A stretch of 64,000 nucleotides of DNA from Candidatus Eiseniibacteriota bacterium (GCA_963702435.1 CAVPCR010000003.1:32001-96000), one strand, 5' to 3'. Positions 24,545 through 35,824 are shown, counted from the first letter of the stretch. Notes: generated by a model from the letters alone, not told the origin. Translations and numbers: made by a program.

Positions 24545-24751
24545 CAGTAAGAAATCGCCATGGAGGCGATTTTTGTTTTCTTCGACCATTGTCCCCATTC
24601 AGGGGATGCTATTCAAATCCCCGTGGGGGCACAGTAAGAAATCGCCGTCGAGGCGATTTTTGTTTTCTTCAACCATGATCCCCCTTCAGGGGATGCTATT
24701 CAAATCCCCGTGGGGGACACAACAAGAAATCGCTGGCGAGGCGATTTTTTT
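24525..24751 (+). repeat. Tandem 87-bp-period repeats of the tRNA-Glu 3' end plus terminator (two full units and one partial)
   Basis: ttc(g/a)aatccccgtggggg starts at 24525, 24612 and 24699, each followed by an aaatcgc...gcgattt hairpin and T run. Confidence 0.9.
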
Positions 24752-24825
24752 CCACGATCATGGAGATGCATTATTCAGATCCACCCGTCTATTGCGCTAA
24801 ACATAAACTTCCCTTGAGATGAGAG

Positions 24826-25311
24826 TTATGTTTTCTCTTCGATTTCTTTGAATTGAAAGGGGATCATCAAAAGGAATCCAATTGCAATAAATGCCTGTCC
24901 GACAACAATTCCACGTGACTGCAACGGGCCAAAGAACGGGCCCTCGGGTCCAACCTGTGTGCCCATCCCAAACAGGTCAGCCATGCCTGCAAAGACCGAG
25001 ACAACGTATCCCGTGGCAACCAGCCGCATCCCGATATCGGCAGCGATGGTGCGTTCGCGCCCCTTCCAGAGAGCCAATAGTCCGATATACCCACCCAGAC
25101 AAATGAAGCCCAATCCCACAAGCAAAATGGAAACCTGGATAAAACCAACCGTGGGACTATTGTCCCAGCCAAACCAGCCAGGTTTCGCGCCGACAATGAA
25201 AATGAAAAAACCCAGCAGAATAATAATCAAGCCAAAGCGAACGCGCGTGCGCGAGGGCGGTTCCTGTGCGGAAACATCGGGCAAATCAGAGTGAGTAGAT
25301 TGAGAAGTCAT
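24826..25311 (-). CDS. Hypothetical 4-TM membrane protein
   Basis: 161-aa hydrophobic ORF coupled to the upstream stop. Confidence 0.75.
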   Translation of the reverse strand: MTSQSTHSDLPDVSAQEPPSRTRVRFGLIIILLGFFIFIVGAKPGWFGWDNSPTVGFIQVSILLVGLGFICLGGYIGLLALWKGRERTIAADIGMRLVATGYVVSVFAGMADLFGMGTQVGPEGPFFGPLQSRGIVVGQAFIAIGFLLMIPFQFKEIEEKT

Positions 25312-26423
25312 CAGGGCAGGTTCTCCTGCAAATAACGGAGCCAGTTACCTCCGAGGATCGCTTCCATGTCGGAATCTGAGTAACCATGCGGCTGGAGGAG
25401 ATCAGTCAATTTATGCAGGTCGGCAATCGTGTCCAATTCCTGCGGGACAGATTGTAACCCAAAACCGCCATCGAAATCAGAGCCGATGCCCACGTGGCGG
25501 ACGTTCCCCGCAAGTTGGCAGACATGGTCAATATGGTCGGCAAGGCTGGCACAGTGAGACTTCCTCGCGGCGGCTTCCGCTGGCACGCAACCATCCAACC
25601 TTGAGGAAGGCATTGAAAGGAACCAGGCCAACCACGCCATCGCGTTCGATCAGTCCGCGCAGAACGCGGTCGGAGAATTGGCGATTGGTGGCGTAATTGG
25701 GAAGGAGCGCGAGACAATTCCCATGCGAAGCAATTACCGGACCTTCGTAAAAATCCAGCGCTTCGAGCGCGGCAGGTTCATCCATGTGGCTGAGATCGAG
25801 GATGAAGGGGAAGTCTGCCATGGTTTTGAGCAGGGCGCGGCCCTCGTCAGTGAGAGGACCTGGTTCTTTGGTGCCGCCACAGTAACGCGTCCCGGCCCAG
25901 GCGGGACCGATGAGTCGCAAGCCAAATTCCCACCACCCGGCCAGTTCGGCAGGCGAGCGGATGGCGTCCGCGCCCTCCATCAACGGGAGCAGGCCTACAG
26001 GATGGCCGTCGGCTGGGGAATGCGGATGCGGGTGCACTTCCCGCCAATGGTTGAGAAGCAGGTTCAGGTCCGCGGGAGGCGAGCAGGCGAAATTTGTCCG
26101 GGTGGGAATTCGACGAGTCGGTGGTAGGTCTCCAGTTGTGTCCAGTAGAGGCGGTGGGCGGTCTCGTAGTCGGCGTCAGGATAGAAAATCCGCTCCCAAT
26201 TCCCGACGAGATGGCGAGCGGGCGAGGCGAAGAGGGTGGCAAAGACAACCGCGACGCGGCCGCGCTGGTAATCGGGCCAGCCGAGCAGGGTGTCGCCATT
26301 TTGCTCGACCGTTTCGGAACCCGTTTCGAGGGCGCGGGTTTCGTGCGCGGCACGGGTGTAGTCGCGCCCGAAGGACAGGATATTCCAGGCCAGGTCTTCG
26401 TGGGAATCGACGATGATGTGCAT
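25311..26423 (-). CDS. Membrane dipeptidase (peptidase M19), frameshifted
   Basis: VDSHEDLAWN, MEGAD, LDLSH, IASHGN, GIGSDFDG. Confidence 0.9.
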
Positions 26424-26431
26424 GGAATTCA

Positions 26432-26460
26432 AAAAGAGCGCACCTTGCGGTACGCTCTTT
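26432..26460 (-). terminator. Intrinsic terminator after rpsA
   Basis: Minus strand aaagagcgtacc-gcaa-ggtgcgctcttttt. Confidence 0.75.
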
Positions 26461-26465
26461 GGATT

Positions 26466-27795
26466 TCAGGCTTGCGGCTCTTCGGGCGGCGCTTCATTTT
26501 CGTGAGAAGCGGCGGCTTTAAGCAACGCGATATCTTCGGGTGATGCGGCATCTGCGAGCGACGCAGTACCTTCGGGCGACGCATCTTCTGCATCTGGGAT
26601 TGTCGGCCATCAGGAGTTTGAAGTCCTTGTCGGCAAAGGCGCCCGAGTCCACTTTGCGCAGGCTGAGGCCGATGCGGTGCTGGTCGGTGTCGATGCGGAT
26701 GATGCGCAGGGTCTTGACATCGCCATCCTTGAGGGCTTCCTTGGGATGCTCAATGCGATGGTCGCTGATCTCGGAGATGTGGATCAGGCCTTCGAGGTCG
26801 CCTTCGAGACGGGCAAAAGCGCCGAACTTGGTCAGGCGGGTGATGACGCCTTCCACCAGTTGCCCAACGCTGAATTTCTCGATCTTGGATTGCCAGGGGT
26901 CTTCCTGCAGTTGACGGATGGAAAGGCCGATGCGCTTCTTTTCACGGTCAATGTTGATGACCTTGACCTTGACCTCCTGCCCCACTTCGAGCACTTCACT
27001 GGGATGCTGGACATGTTCCCAGGTGATCTCGGAGAGGTGGACGAGGCCGTCCGCGCCGTTGATGTTGACAAAGGCGCCAAAATCGGCCAGGCTGGTGACG
27101 CGGCCGGTGTAGGTCTTGACCAATTTCCAGTTCGGAGATGACGCGCTCCTTGATGGACTGGCGGGATTCGGTGCTGGCGGCGCGCTCGGAGAGGATCAGG
27201 CGGCGGCGTTCGCGGTCCACTTCCACAATGCGGACAGAGATCGGGTCGCCGACCATTTTGCTCCAGCGCTGTTCGGGCGTATCGCCCACGGCAACCGCGC
27301 GGCGCATGGCGCTGATCTGCGAGGCGGGCACAAAGCCGCGCAACCCGCCAACGGCGACGATCAATCCGCCTTTGTTGAAGCCAGTGACTTTGCTTTCAAT
27401 GACTTCTTCCTCGGAGAGCATGCGCTCCACGTTTTCCCAGGTCATTTGCTCCTGGGCGCGTTTGAACGAGAGCACAACATTGCCGTTGTCGTCTTCGGGA
27501 TTGATCACGTAGACTGGGACTGTCTGACCGACGGTGAGCGCAGCGCGCTCCTCTGCGGAAAGCGATTCCAATTCACGGCCCGCAATGACGCCTTCGGACT
27601 TGGCGCCGATACTGACAAGGATCTGGCTTGGGCCGATGCTGGCAATCACACCATGGCGGATCTCACCCGGCTGAGGCAATTCGACGCCGGATGATTCCTG
27701 TAGCAACGTCTCCATGCTCTGGTTGTTAGGGGTTCGTTCTGGTCTATGTGCAGGTCTGCGGCCCCCTGCCCATTCAGGGCTTCATTCTGTTCCAT
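26466..27795 (-). CDS. rpsA: 30S ribosomal protein S1 (four-domain type), frameshifted
   Basis: IGAKSEG, GFVPASQ, FGAFVNINGADGLVHLSE, FGAFARLEGDLEGLIHISE. Confidence 0.9.
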
Positions 27796-27945
27796 CACTG
27801 GCGACTCCGGTTAAGAAAAATGTAAGGCGGATTATACAGGCGATTGCCATAGTTGGCAACCCTTGCTTTTGCCATCACGTCTTGAGCCCCCAAGAAAGCT
27901 GCGAGCGCAGGAGCGATTGGATTATAATGTCCGCCGGAGACATCT

Positions 27946-30016
27946 ATGCCAGCCATCTATCCATTCACAGCCATCGTTGGACAGGAGCGCATGCGACGCG
28001 CCCTGATTTTGAATGCAGTTGATACACGCATCGGCGGCGTGTTGATCCGCGGCGAACGCGGCACCGCCAAATCCACTGCGGCGCGCGCCCTGGCGGCGCT
28101 TCTGCCGCAGTGTCAAAGTCGTGGACGACTGCCGCTTCGGCTGCGATCCCGATAAACCCGCCACCTGGTGCACCGAATGCAAGGAACGCCATGCCACCTC
28201 GGGCGAGAAACTGCCCTCCCGCACGAACGCACCACGCCCTTCGTCAACCTGCCCGTCTCCGCCACCGAGGACCGCGTGGTCGGCACGCTGGATATCGAGC
28301 AGGCCATCCAGAAGGGCGAACGCCATTTCGAGCCGGGCGTGCTCGCCTCCGCCAACCGCGGACTTCTATACATCGACGAGGTGAACCTGCTCGACGATCA
28401 TGTCGTGGACGTTTTGCTGGATTCCGCGGCGATGGGCGTCAACACGGTCGAGCGCGAAGGCATCTCGTTCGCGCATCCCGCCCGCTTCATCCTCGTCGGG
28501 ACGATGAATCCCGAGGAAGGCGAACTCCGTCCGCAGCTGCTGGACCGCTTCGCCCTCTCGGTGGACATCGTCGGCATCCGCGAGGCGCGCGAGCGCGTCA
28601 TGATCATGGAACGCAACATCGCCTTCGAGCGCGACCCCGAAGCCTTCCGCAAGGAATGGCTGCCGAAGGAAGAGGAACTCTCGCACCAGATCGAGCGCGC
28701 CCGCGAACTCGTGGACAAGGTCACGCACACCAGCCGCGACCTGCTCTCCATCGCCGCGCTGACCGCCTCCCTCAACGTGGACGGTCACCGCGCCGACCTG
28801 GTCATCCTGAAAGCGGCGCGCGCCCAGGCCGCCTTCGAGGGCCGCACGAAGATCAACGATCACGACATCGCCCTGGCCGCGGAACTGGCGCTGCCCCACC
28901 GCATCAAACGCACTCCCTTCCAGCAGGCCGAGATGACCACCGAGCAGTTGCAGGAACGCATCGAGCAACTGGCAGGCCAGTCCATGCCTGCCGAGGCCGA
29001 GGAAGAAGAATCCGAGTCCCAGCAGGGCAAGCCCGAGGAAAAAAAAACTTAAAACTCGAAGATGAGGCCGAGGAAGGTCCCCAGCAGGGACAGCCCGAAC
29101 CCAGCCGCCAGGACGCGTTCGCCAACACGAGCGCGAACTGGTGGGAGGGCGGGCAAAAGGTAAAGACCGGGCGAGACCTTCCAGCCGCGCAAACTAAACA
29201 CCCCGCTCGACAAATTAACCCGCAAACACGCCGGCCGCCGCTCCCTGACCAAAACCGAACGCAAACACGGACGGTATATCAAGGCGCGCCCCGCCGGCGA
29301 CAAGACCGACGATATCGCCTTCGATGCCACCTTCCGCGCCGCGGCGCCCTTCCAGAAACGCCGCGTCGAAAAACGCAAACGCCTGGCTTTCGCCATCGAA
29401 AAGAGCGACCTGCAACGCAAGGTGCGCGTCAAACGGGTGGCGAACCTCGTGCTGTTCCTGGTGGACGCCTCCTGGTCCATGGCCGTGGCGGAACGGATGA
29501 ACGCCACCAAGGGCGCGATCCTGTCCCTGTTAACGGATGCCTACCAACGTCGCGACCGAGTCGGTTTGATCGTCTTCCAAAAGGACCGCGCCACGCTCGT
29601 CCTGCCCCCCACCAATTCGGTGCAACTCGCCCAGCGCGCGCTGATGGACATTCCCGTCGGCGGGAAGACGCCGCTCTCCGCGGGACTGCTGCTCGCCACG
29701 GACGTGCTCCAGCACGAGAAGCACACGCATCCCGGACGTGGAGCCGCTTCTGATCGTCCTGACCGATGGGGCTGGCAACGTCTCGATCGGCACGCTGCCG
29801 CCGCAGGAGGAATCCTACCGCTTCGCCGAGTTGATCGCGCACGAGGAAGTGCGGAGCGTGGTCATCAACATGGAACACGCCGCCTTCGACCAGGGACTGG
29901 CGCAACAACTGGCGAATCATCTCAAAGCGCCGTGTTATGCGCTGAACGAGTTGAAGGCCGAGAGTTTGTATCACACGGTGCGGCAGGAGATGGCCAGTAG
30001 TGCATCGCAAAAATAG
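27946..30016 (+). CDS. Mg/Co chelatase ChlD-like gene: ChlI-type AAA+ ATPase ending at 29052, with acidic linker and VWA domain reached via the -1 frame
   Basis: [36 protein letters not shown]; then [31 protein letters not shown]. Confidence 0.88.
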
Positions 30017-31792
30017 TGCGTTGCACCAACTTGGCGGGAAATCCCGATGAACAGAAGTGTGTCGCACCAACCCGCTGGGATAAATCCGCTTTAATAAGAG
30101 AATCTCACCCCCGAACAAATTCTGATTGATGAGGTGCGACGCACGCGCCACAGGCAGGAGATGGCGAATCCCACACCGAAGCCAACAACGGATAAAAAGA
30201 ATCCGTCGCCTTAAACGAGACAGTCGCCTGTGAGGTGACTGTCGGTTTCGTTTCTTCGAACCCGCTTCAGAATTGCAGAATTTCAGAGAACAGAATTTCA
30301 GGACTACGGTGAGCGGGAGCAACGGAAACCGACGTGGTAGTACCAGTTAGCAGGAGCGACCCTGCCGCGAATTCGATGTGTGGATGTTGACATCGCTGAC
30401 GCTCCAACGAGCCGCCCCGCAACACTCGTGACCCAGTGGCGTTTAACTCCTCTACGACCATCGCTCGCAGAATAGGGATAGGATTGATACAAACTACTCA
30501 CCCATTCCCAGACATTACCCGCCATATCTAGCGCGCCATAAATACTGGCCCCGGCAGGATATTTGCCAGCCTCCGTTGTGTCGCCTACATTTTTATCGTA
30601 ATTCAGCAAATTGCTATCCGGTGCATGGTTGCCCCATGGATAGGTGCGACCATCTGTACTGCGCGCGGCTTTCTCCCATTCAGCCTCAGTGGGAAGGCGC
30701 CGGCCCGCCCATTCGCAGTAGGTTATGCGCTTGTACCAATCCACGTAAATGACGGGATAATCCGCAAACTCAGTCGTGCCATAATATTCTTTGCGGGTAT
30801 AAGAACTCGTGGAACTCGGCGGTTGGCAGGCTCCCGCTTCCACACACAGAGCGTACATCTTGTTGGTCACTTCGGTCTTATCTATCCAGAAGGCATCAAG
30901 TTTTACTCTGTGAATTGGTTGTTCGTCAGAAGAGGCATCACTGCCCATTATGAATTCACCGGCTGGCACGAAAACCAAGTTCATGCCATCTTTTTCCAAA
31001 GGGTTGGCGCAGGGAAAAAGAGCAGATCATATCCTGAAATGAGCGTAGGGGTGAAAGTTGGCGGGATGGGAGTAATCGGTGAAGTCGGCAGTCTTGGCGT
31101 AAAGGTTGCGGTCTTTGTTGCCGGGCGGAGGTGGAGTTGGTGGGATAGTAGCAGGCCAATTGTTGATTGCGTAGATAATTCCATAAATCCCGCACAGCAG
31201 GACAATCAGGGCAATGCCCGCAATCCGATACGGGCGAAAATTGATCTTGCGCTGTGGTTTTTTCTCTTGCGCTTTTTGGGCGCAGGCGTGTGGGACAAAT
31301 TAGCAATTTGTCCTACAGGTGGTGGAATATTTCTTGGTTTGGCTTTGGCGGCTTCGCGCTTGTTTTTTGACGTGCAGCTTTCTCAGCGGCTTCGCGTCTG
31401 CTTTTTCACGCGTGGCCTTGGCAAATTCGCGTTCCGCCTTTTCATGTGTAGCTTTCTCGGCGGTTTCATGTGTCTGTTTTTTCACGCGCTGGCTATTTCA
31501 AGGGTGTCATCCGAAATAACTGCTTGATGGCAGGACCAAGTTGCGCGGCACGTTTGTTTGAAACTAGCATTAACTGTTTTACGGCCATCCTCGCGACAAA
31601 GTCCACCCATTGATAGCGATTTAATCGTTGCGGGACATTACATTCTTCCAATTTCGCGGGAATGATAAAGATCGTCCCCTCGGGTTTTTCCATGGCTTTG
31701 TTCAGAGCGAAAAGGTGATTTCTGAACGTAGCCCTCTTTGTCGGACTGAATTTTTAGACAGGCATACCAGAATAACGTCCGAGCTAAACAAT

Positions 31793-32779
31793 AGACTTTA
31801 TCGGAAATAAGGATTTGGTCATAATTTCAACGGTTTCTTTCTGCGGTCAACACGAAGGTTGTGCAAACTGCAAGCGATCACCATGACCAAATCCGAAAAG
31901 TTATCTTTCGTGTTTCGCAAGATATCTTTCACCGCTCGCGAACGCTTGACACCTGCAATGGCATGTTCGACGCGCACACGAACTTTGGATATTTTGCGGT
32001 TGCGCTCTTTCTCTTTGGTAGTCAGTTCTTTCTTGCGCGGCTTTTTTTCGGTTGAAGCAACTTGCTGACCTTGGGCTCATATCCTTGAAAGCCTGTGTCC
32101 TTATGCAAGCGGATGTGTCTTAGGATAGGAGATATTCTCTGTGTCGGCCACGTTTTTGTCGTGTGTTTTTCCTGGATAGGTCTGGCTGAGAAAGGAAACT
32201 CGCTTTTTCTTGGCAGTGGCAATCACGACATTCTTGTCACTGTGGATTTTCTTCTTGCCACTGTAGTGCAAAGCCTGTTTTTCGGCCTGTTTCGGCCTCT
32301 GACGGCGTCTTTCCGTGCCGTCAATAATCGAATCAACCGCATCTTTTCGATCTCGTACTCACTTCTTCTTGAACTTTTTCGGGTCTCGTTCGGGCACATA
32401 CCCAAGATCATCCAAGGCTTGTTTCAGAATGGGTAAAAGTTGTGGATCCACTCATTCGCTTGGGACTGACCCATCCCAAACAACTCGCCCATCACCGATT
32501 GCAATGGATAGCTTTTCTGGTACACCAATGCAAACAGCAATTTCTGTTCGATGTTCGCCAAGAGCGCCTTTGCGACCTCCACCTGCTTTCCGTTTTCGCT
32601 CTTTCCCTGCCTTTGTTTTGAGGCAGGATACTTCTCAGATAGGCTCGCTCAAAGGCTGGCAACAGTAAATCAAATTCTTCTGGCGTCAGACTGGTCAACG
32701 AAACAAATTTCCTTGGGCTTTTTTTGAGTTCATCGTAAGTTAGCATTCGCCTATCATAACGCTATTTCCGATAAAGTCT
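31793..32779 (-). mobile_element. ~987-bp insertion sequence (probably IS5/ISL2-like DDE)
   Basis: Perfect 17-bp terminal inverted repeats agactttatcggaaata; AAT direct repeat on both flanks. Confidence 0.92.
31819..32746 (-). CDS. DDE transposase (HTH_Tnp_4/DDE_Tnp_4-like), frameshifted
   Basis: LTSLTPEEF, IIDGTE, YSGKKK, DTGFQG, RVRVEHAIAGVKR. Confidence 0.85.
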
Positions 32780-33043
32780 AATACTCTGGAATTTCCACCT
32801 TGCCAGTTCTCGCCGGGCAGGAGATTCATCTTCGTCCAGCCAGGGATCCATCCCTTTGACGCAGATAGCGATACAAATTTCGCGCACGGCGGGTTTATCC
32901 GCCTTGGCGTGGCAGAGAAAAACTTTGAGGGGCGCTGTTCAGTCATGTCAGGAATCCCACCGCGAGGATGATTCGATTATAAGGCAAAATAATCTCAATC
33001 GGAAATCCGTGAAATCCGTGGCAAAAACAGGCCTATTTTTGAC

Positions 33044-33073
33044 TTGACAAATTTAGAACATTCGTTCTACAAT
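33044..33073 (+). promoter_or_regulatory. Sigma70 promoter with Gram-positive/Chloroflexi-type LexA (SOS) box
   Basis: TTGACA 33044-33049 and TACAAT 33068-33073 enclose taGAAC-attc-GTTCta (33054-33069). Confidence 0.8.
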
Positions 33074-33105
33074 CCAGCCAAGTTCACCCACCAAAGGAGG
33101 CTGAG

Positions 33106-33685
33106 ATGAACAATTCTTACTCAAAATACAAAGCTGGTGACGGAGTTGGAGCGCTGTGGCGCAGTCTCACCCGCGGGCGCGGCTTCAACCGCGGCGCGGC
33201 CTGGGGCGCAATGATCATCGGCGCCCTGCTGGCCTTCGAGATTTTCAATTTCAGCACCACCCAATTCGCCCTGCTGGATGTGCTCGGCACTCTTGAATTC
33301 GCGGGCATGCGCTGGGCATCCATTCTTGCCGTGGCATTCTGCGGCATTGACTTTGCAGGCATCGCCCGCATCTTCACCCCCGAACAGGGCCGCGACGAAC
33401 CCACCGAGGTATGGTATCTCTTCGGCGCGTGGCTCCTGGCCGCGGCCTTCAACGCCAGCCTCACCTGGTGGGGCGTCTCGGTTGCCATCGTCAACCACTC
33501 CAGCGCGGCCGCGGGCGCGGTGGTCAGCAGCGCCACCCTCACCAAAGTCATCCCCATCTTCGTGGCCGTCATGATCTGGCTGATCCGCGTGCTCATCATC
33601 GGCACCTTCTCGCTTGCGGGTGACCGCCTCTTCTCCACCGCCAGCGGATACACCCCGCGTCCCTACCAACCTACCCCAACCACAT
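33106..33685 (+). CDS. Hypothetical 4-TM membrane protein, truncated at the junction
   Basis: aaggagg RBS; four hydrophobic helices; stop created at the composition break. Confidence 0.78.
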
Positions 33686-34890
33686 AGCGCATCGAGGCGC
33701 CCGGCGAGACCGTCGAGCCGGGCGGCGCGCTCCGGTGTGAGCGCGCGCCCGGCGCCCGCGAGTCGGAGGAGCGCACGCTCGGCGCGGGCCAGCGCCCGCC
33801 CGCGCCGCGCCGCGAGCGCCGCCGGCAGGGCGCGCGCAAGGGTCTCGAGGCGCAGGGTCGCGCGCTCACACCGGCGCCCGAGCGTCGCGGAAAGCGCCCG
33901 ATCGAGGTCGTCGAGGCGCTGGCGGGCATCGTCGAGGGCCAGCTCCGGCCGCCGGAAGGCGTAGCTCGCCCGCAGCGCCGCGAGACGGCGCTGCTCGCCG
34001 GCGAGGCGCTCCCTCATCTCCTGTCCGAGGCGGCGCTCGCTCTCGGCCAGCCGGACCAGGAGGCGGCGGGCATCGGGGACGACGAGGGCGGCCGCGTGCG
34101 ACGGAGTCGCGGCGCGCTCGTCGGCGACGAGATCGGCGAGCGTGACGTCGGACTCGTGTCCGACGGCGCTCACGACCGGGATCGCGGAGGCGGCGATCGC
34201 GCGGACCACCGGCTCCTCGTTGAACGCCCAGAGGTCCTCGAGCGCACCGCCGCCGCGGCCGACCACGAGGACCTCGGCGCCGCCGAAGCGGTTGTGGAGC
34301 TCGATCGCGGCGGCGATCGAGGCCGCGGCCCCCGCCCCCTGCACGAGCGCCGGGGCGAGGAGGATGCGCACGCCGGGGGACCGCCCGCGGGCGAGGCGCA
34401 CGAAGTCGGCGAGGGCCGCTCCGCCCGGCGCGGTGACGAGGCCCACGCAGCGCGGGAAAGGCGGGAGCGGTTTCTTGCGCTCGAGCGCGAATAGTCCCTC
34501 GGCGTCGAGCCTGGCCTTGAGCTTCTCGAGTGCGATCGCCTGCGCGCCGCGGCCGGCCGGCGCCATCGCCGACACCTTGATCTGGACCTGACCCTGCTTC
34601 TCGTAGACGTCGATGAGCCCCGTGACCTCGACCTGGAGGCCGTCCAGCGGCGTGAACCGGAGGTAGAGCGCGTCGCTCTGGAACATGACCGCGCGGAGCA
34701 CGGCGTCGCCGTCGCGGAGCGTGAAGTAGAGATGCCCCGAGGGGAGGTGACGGCGGAAGTCGGCGATCTCGCCGGCCACCACGACGGCCCGCGGGATCTG
34801 GATCTCGAGCGCGCGCCGGATGAGGCGCACGACCTCGCGCACCGTGTACGGGCGCTGGCCGGGGGCGAGCTCGGCGGGCGAGAAGGCCAT
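33686..34890 (-). CDS. xseA: Exodeoxyribonuclease VII large subunit, 3'-truncated at the junction
   Basis: SGHLYFTL, GRGGGALEDLWAFNEE, SAVGHESD, AATPS. Confidence 0.95.
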
Positions 34891-34900
34891 CAGCGGACCA

Positions 34901-35824
34901 CTAGCGGCCGGCGGCCCCGGCGCGCACGCCGGCGGCGGGCGCCGCGGCGGCCAGCGCGGTCGCCGCCGCCACCGTGTTGTGGACGAGGGCCGCGATCGTC
35001 ATCGGGCCGACGCCGCCCGGGACCGGCGTCACGGCGCCGGCCACCCGGGCCACGGACTCGAAGTCGACGTCGCCGACGAGCCGCGTGCCGCTCGGCGTGC
35101 CGGGCGCGGGTACGCGATTGATCCCGACGTCGATGACGGTGGCCCCGGGGCGCACCATCTCGGCGGTGATCAGGTTCGGCTGACCGCTGGCGGCGACCAG
35201 GAGGTCGGCCGTGCGCGCGATCGCGCCGAGATCGCGCGTGCGCGAGTGACAGAGAGTGACCGTGGCATCGCCGAGCGGATCGCGCATCGAGAGGAGCGCG
35301 GCCAGCGGCCGGCCGACGATCGCGGAGCGCCCGACGATCACCGCGTGCGCTCCGCGCACCGCGATCTCGTGACGCCGGAGCAGCTCGCGGATACCGAGCG
35401 GCGTTGCCGACACGAAGCGCGGCCGCCCGAGCATGAGGAGCCCCTGGTTCATGGGATGGAGGCAGTCGACGTCCTTGGCCGGGGGAATGCGCTCCTGCGC
35501 CTCTGCGGCGTCGAGGCCGGGCGGGAGCGGGAGCTGGACGAGGATGCCGTGCACCAGGGGATCGGCGCCGAGGCGATCGAGCGCGTCCTCGAGCTCGCGC
35601 TGGCCCGTGCTTGCCGGGAGATGGAGGAGCGAGGAGCGAATGCCGGCCTCCTCGGCCACCCGGCCCTTGTTCCGCACGTAGACCGCGGAGGCGGGGTCCT
35701 CCCCCACCCAGACCACGGCGAGCCCCGGCACGATGCCGCGCTCTGCCGTGAGCTTCTCGACCTCCGCTCTGAGCTCGGCGCGCCACGCGGCCGCCGTGGT
35801 CTTCCCGTCGAGGATGAGGGCCAT
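34901..35824 (-). CDS. folD: Methylenetetrahydrofolate dehydrogenase/cyclohydrolase
   Basis: ILDGK, VQLPLP, KDVD, GRSAIVGRP, TPVPGGVGPMT. Confidence 0.96.
   Translation of the reverse strand: MALILDGKTTAAAWRAELRAEVEKLTAERGIVPGLAVVWVGEDPASAVYVRNKGRVAEEAGIRSSLLHLPASTGQRELEDALDRLGADPLVHGILVQLPLPPGLDAAEAQERIPPAKDVDCLHPMNQGLLMLGRPRFVSATPLGIRELLRRHEIAVRGAHAVIVGRSAIVGRPLAALLSMRDPLGDATVTLCHSRTRDLGAIARTADLLVAASGQPNLITAEMVRPGATVIDVGINRVPAPGTPSGTRLVGDVDFESVARVAGAVTPVPGGVGPMTIAALVHNTVAAATALAAAAPAAGVRAGAAGR

Larger units (their letters stand above)
30304..32946 (-). pseudogene. TIR-coiled coil-TM-Pro/Thr linker-FGE/SUMF1 (C-lectin fold) protein, interrupted by an IS
   Basis: TIR-like pieces (LPGENWQ, SDVILVCLSKNS, IFIIPAKLEEC), TM IAGIALIVLLCGIYGIIY, FGE motifs [35 protein letters not shown]. 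Confidence 0.85.

Noticed and set aside
24525..24751. CRISPR array
   Set aside because: Whole units repeat with no unique spacers, they derive from the tRNA end, and no cas genes are present
30016..30300. Complete DGR cassette
   Set aside because: No reverse transcriptase, avd or AAC-rich template repeat seen in the window; only a candidate target is reported
1..33000. Widespread pseudogenisation or recoding in segment 1
   Set aside because: Frameshifts also hit essential rpsA and often fall in short homopolymers, pointing to sequencing error; only the chlD site has an independent rationale
33121..33685. Long C-terminal extension of XseA
   Set aside because: It is read-through across the junction into the antisense strand of another gene
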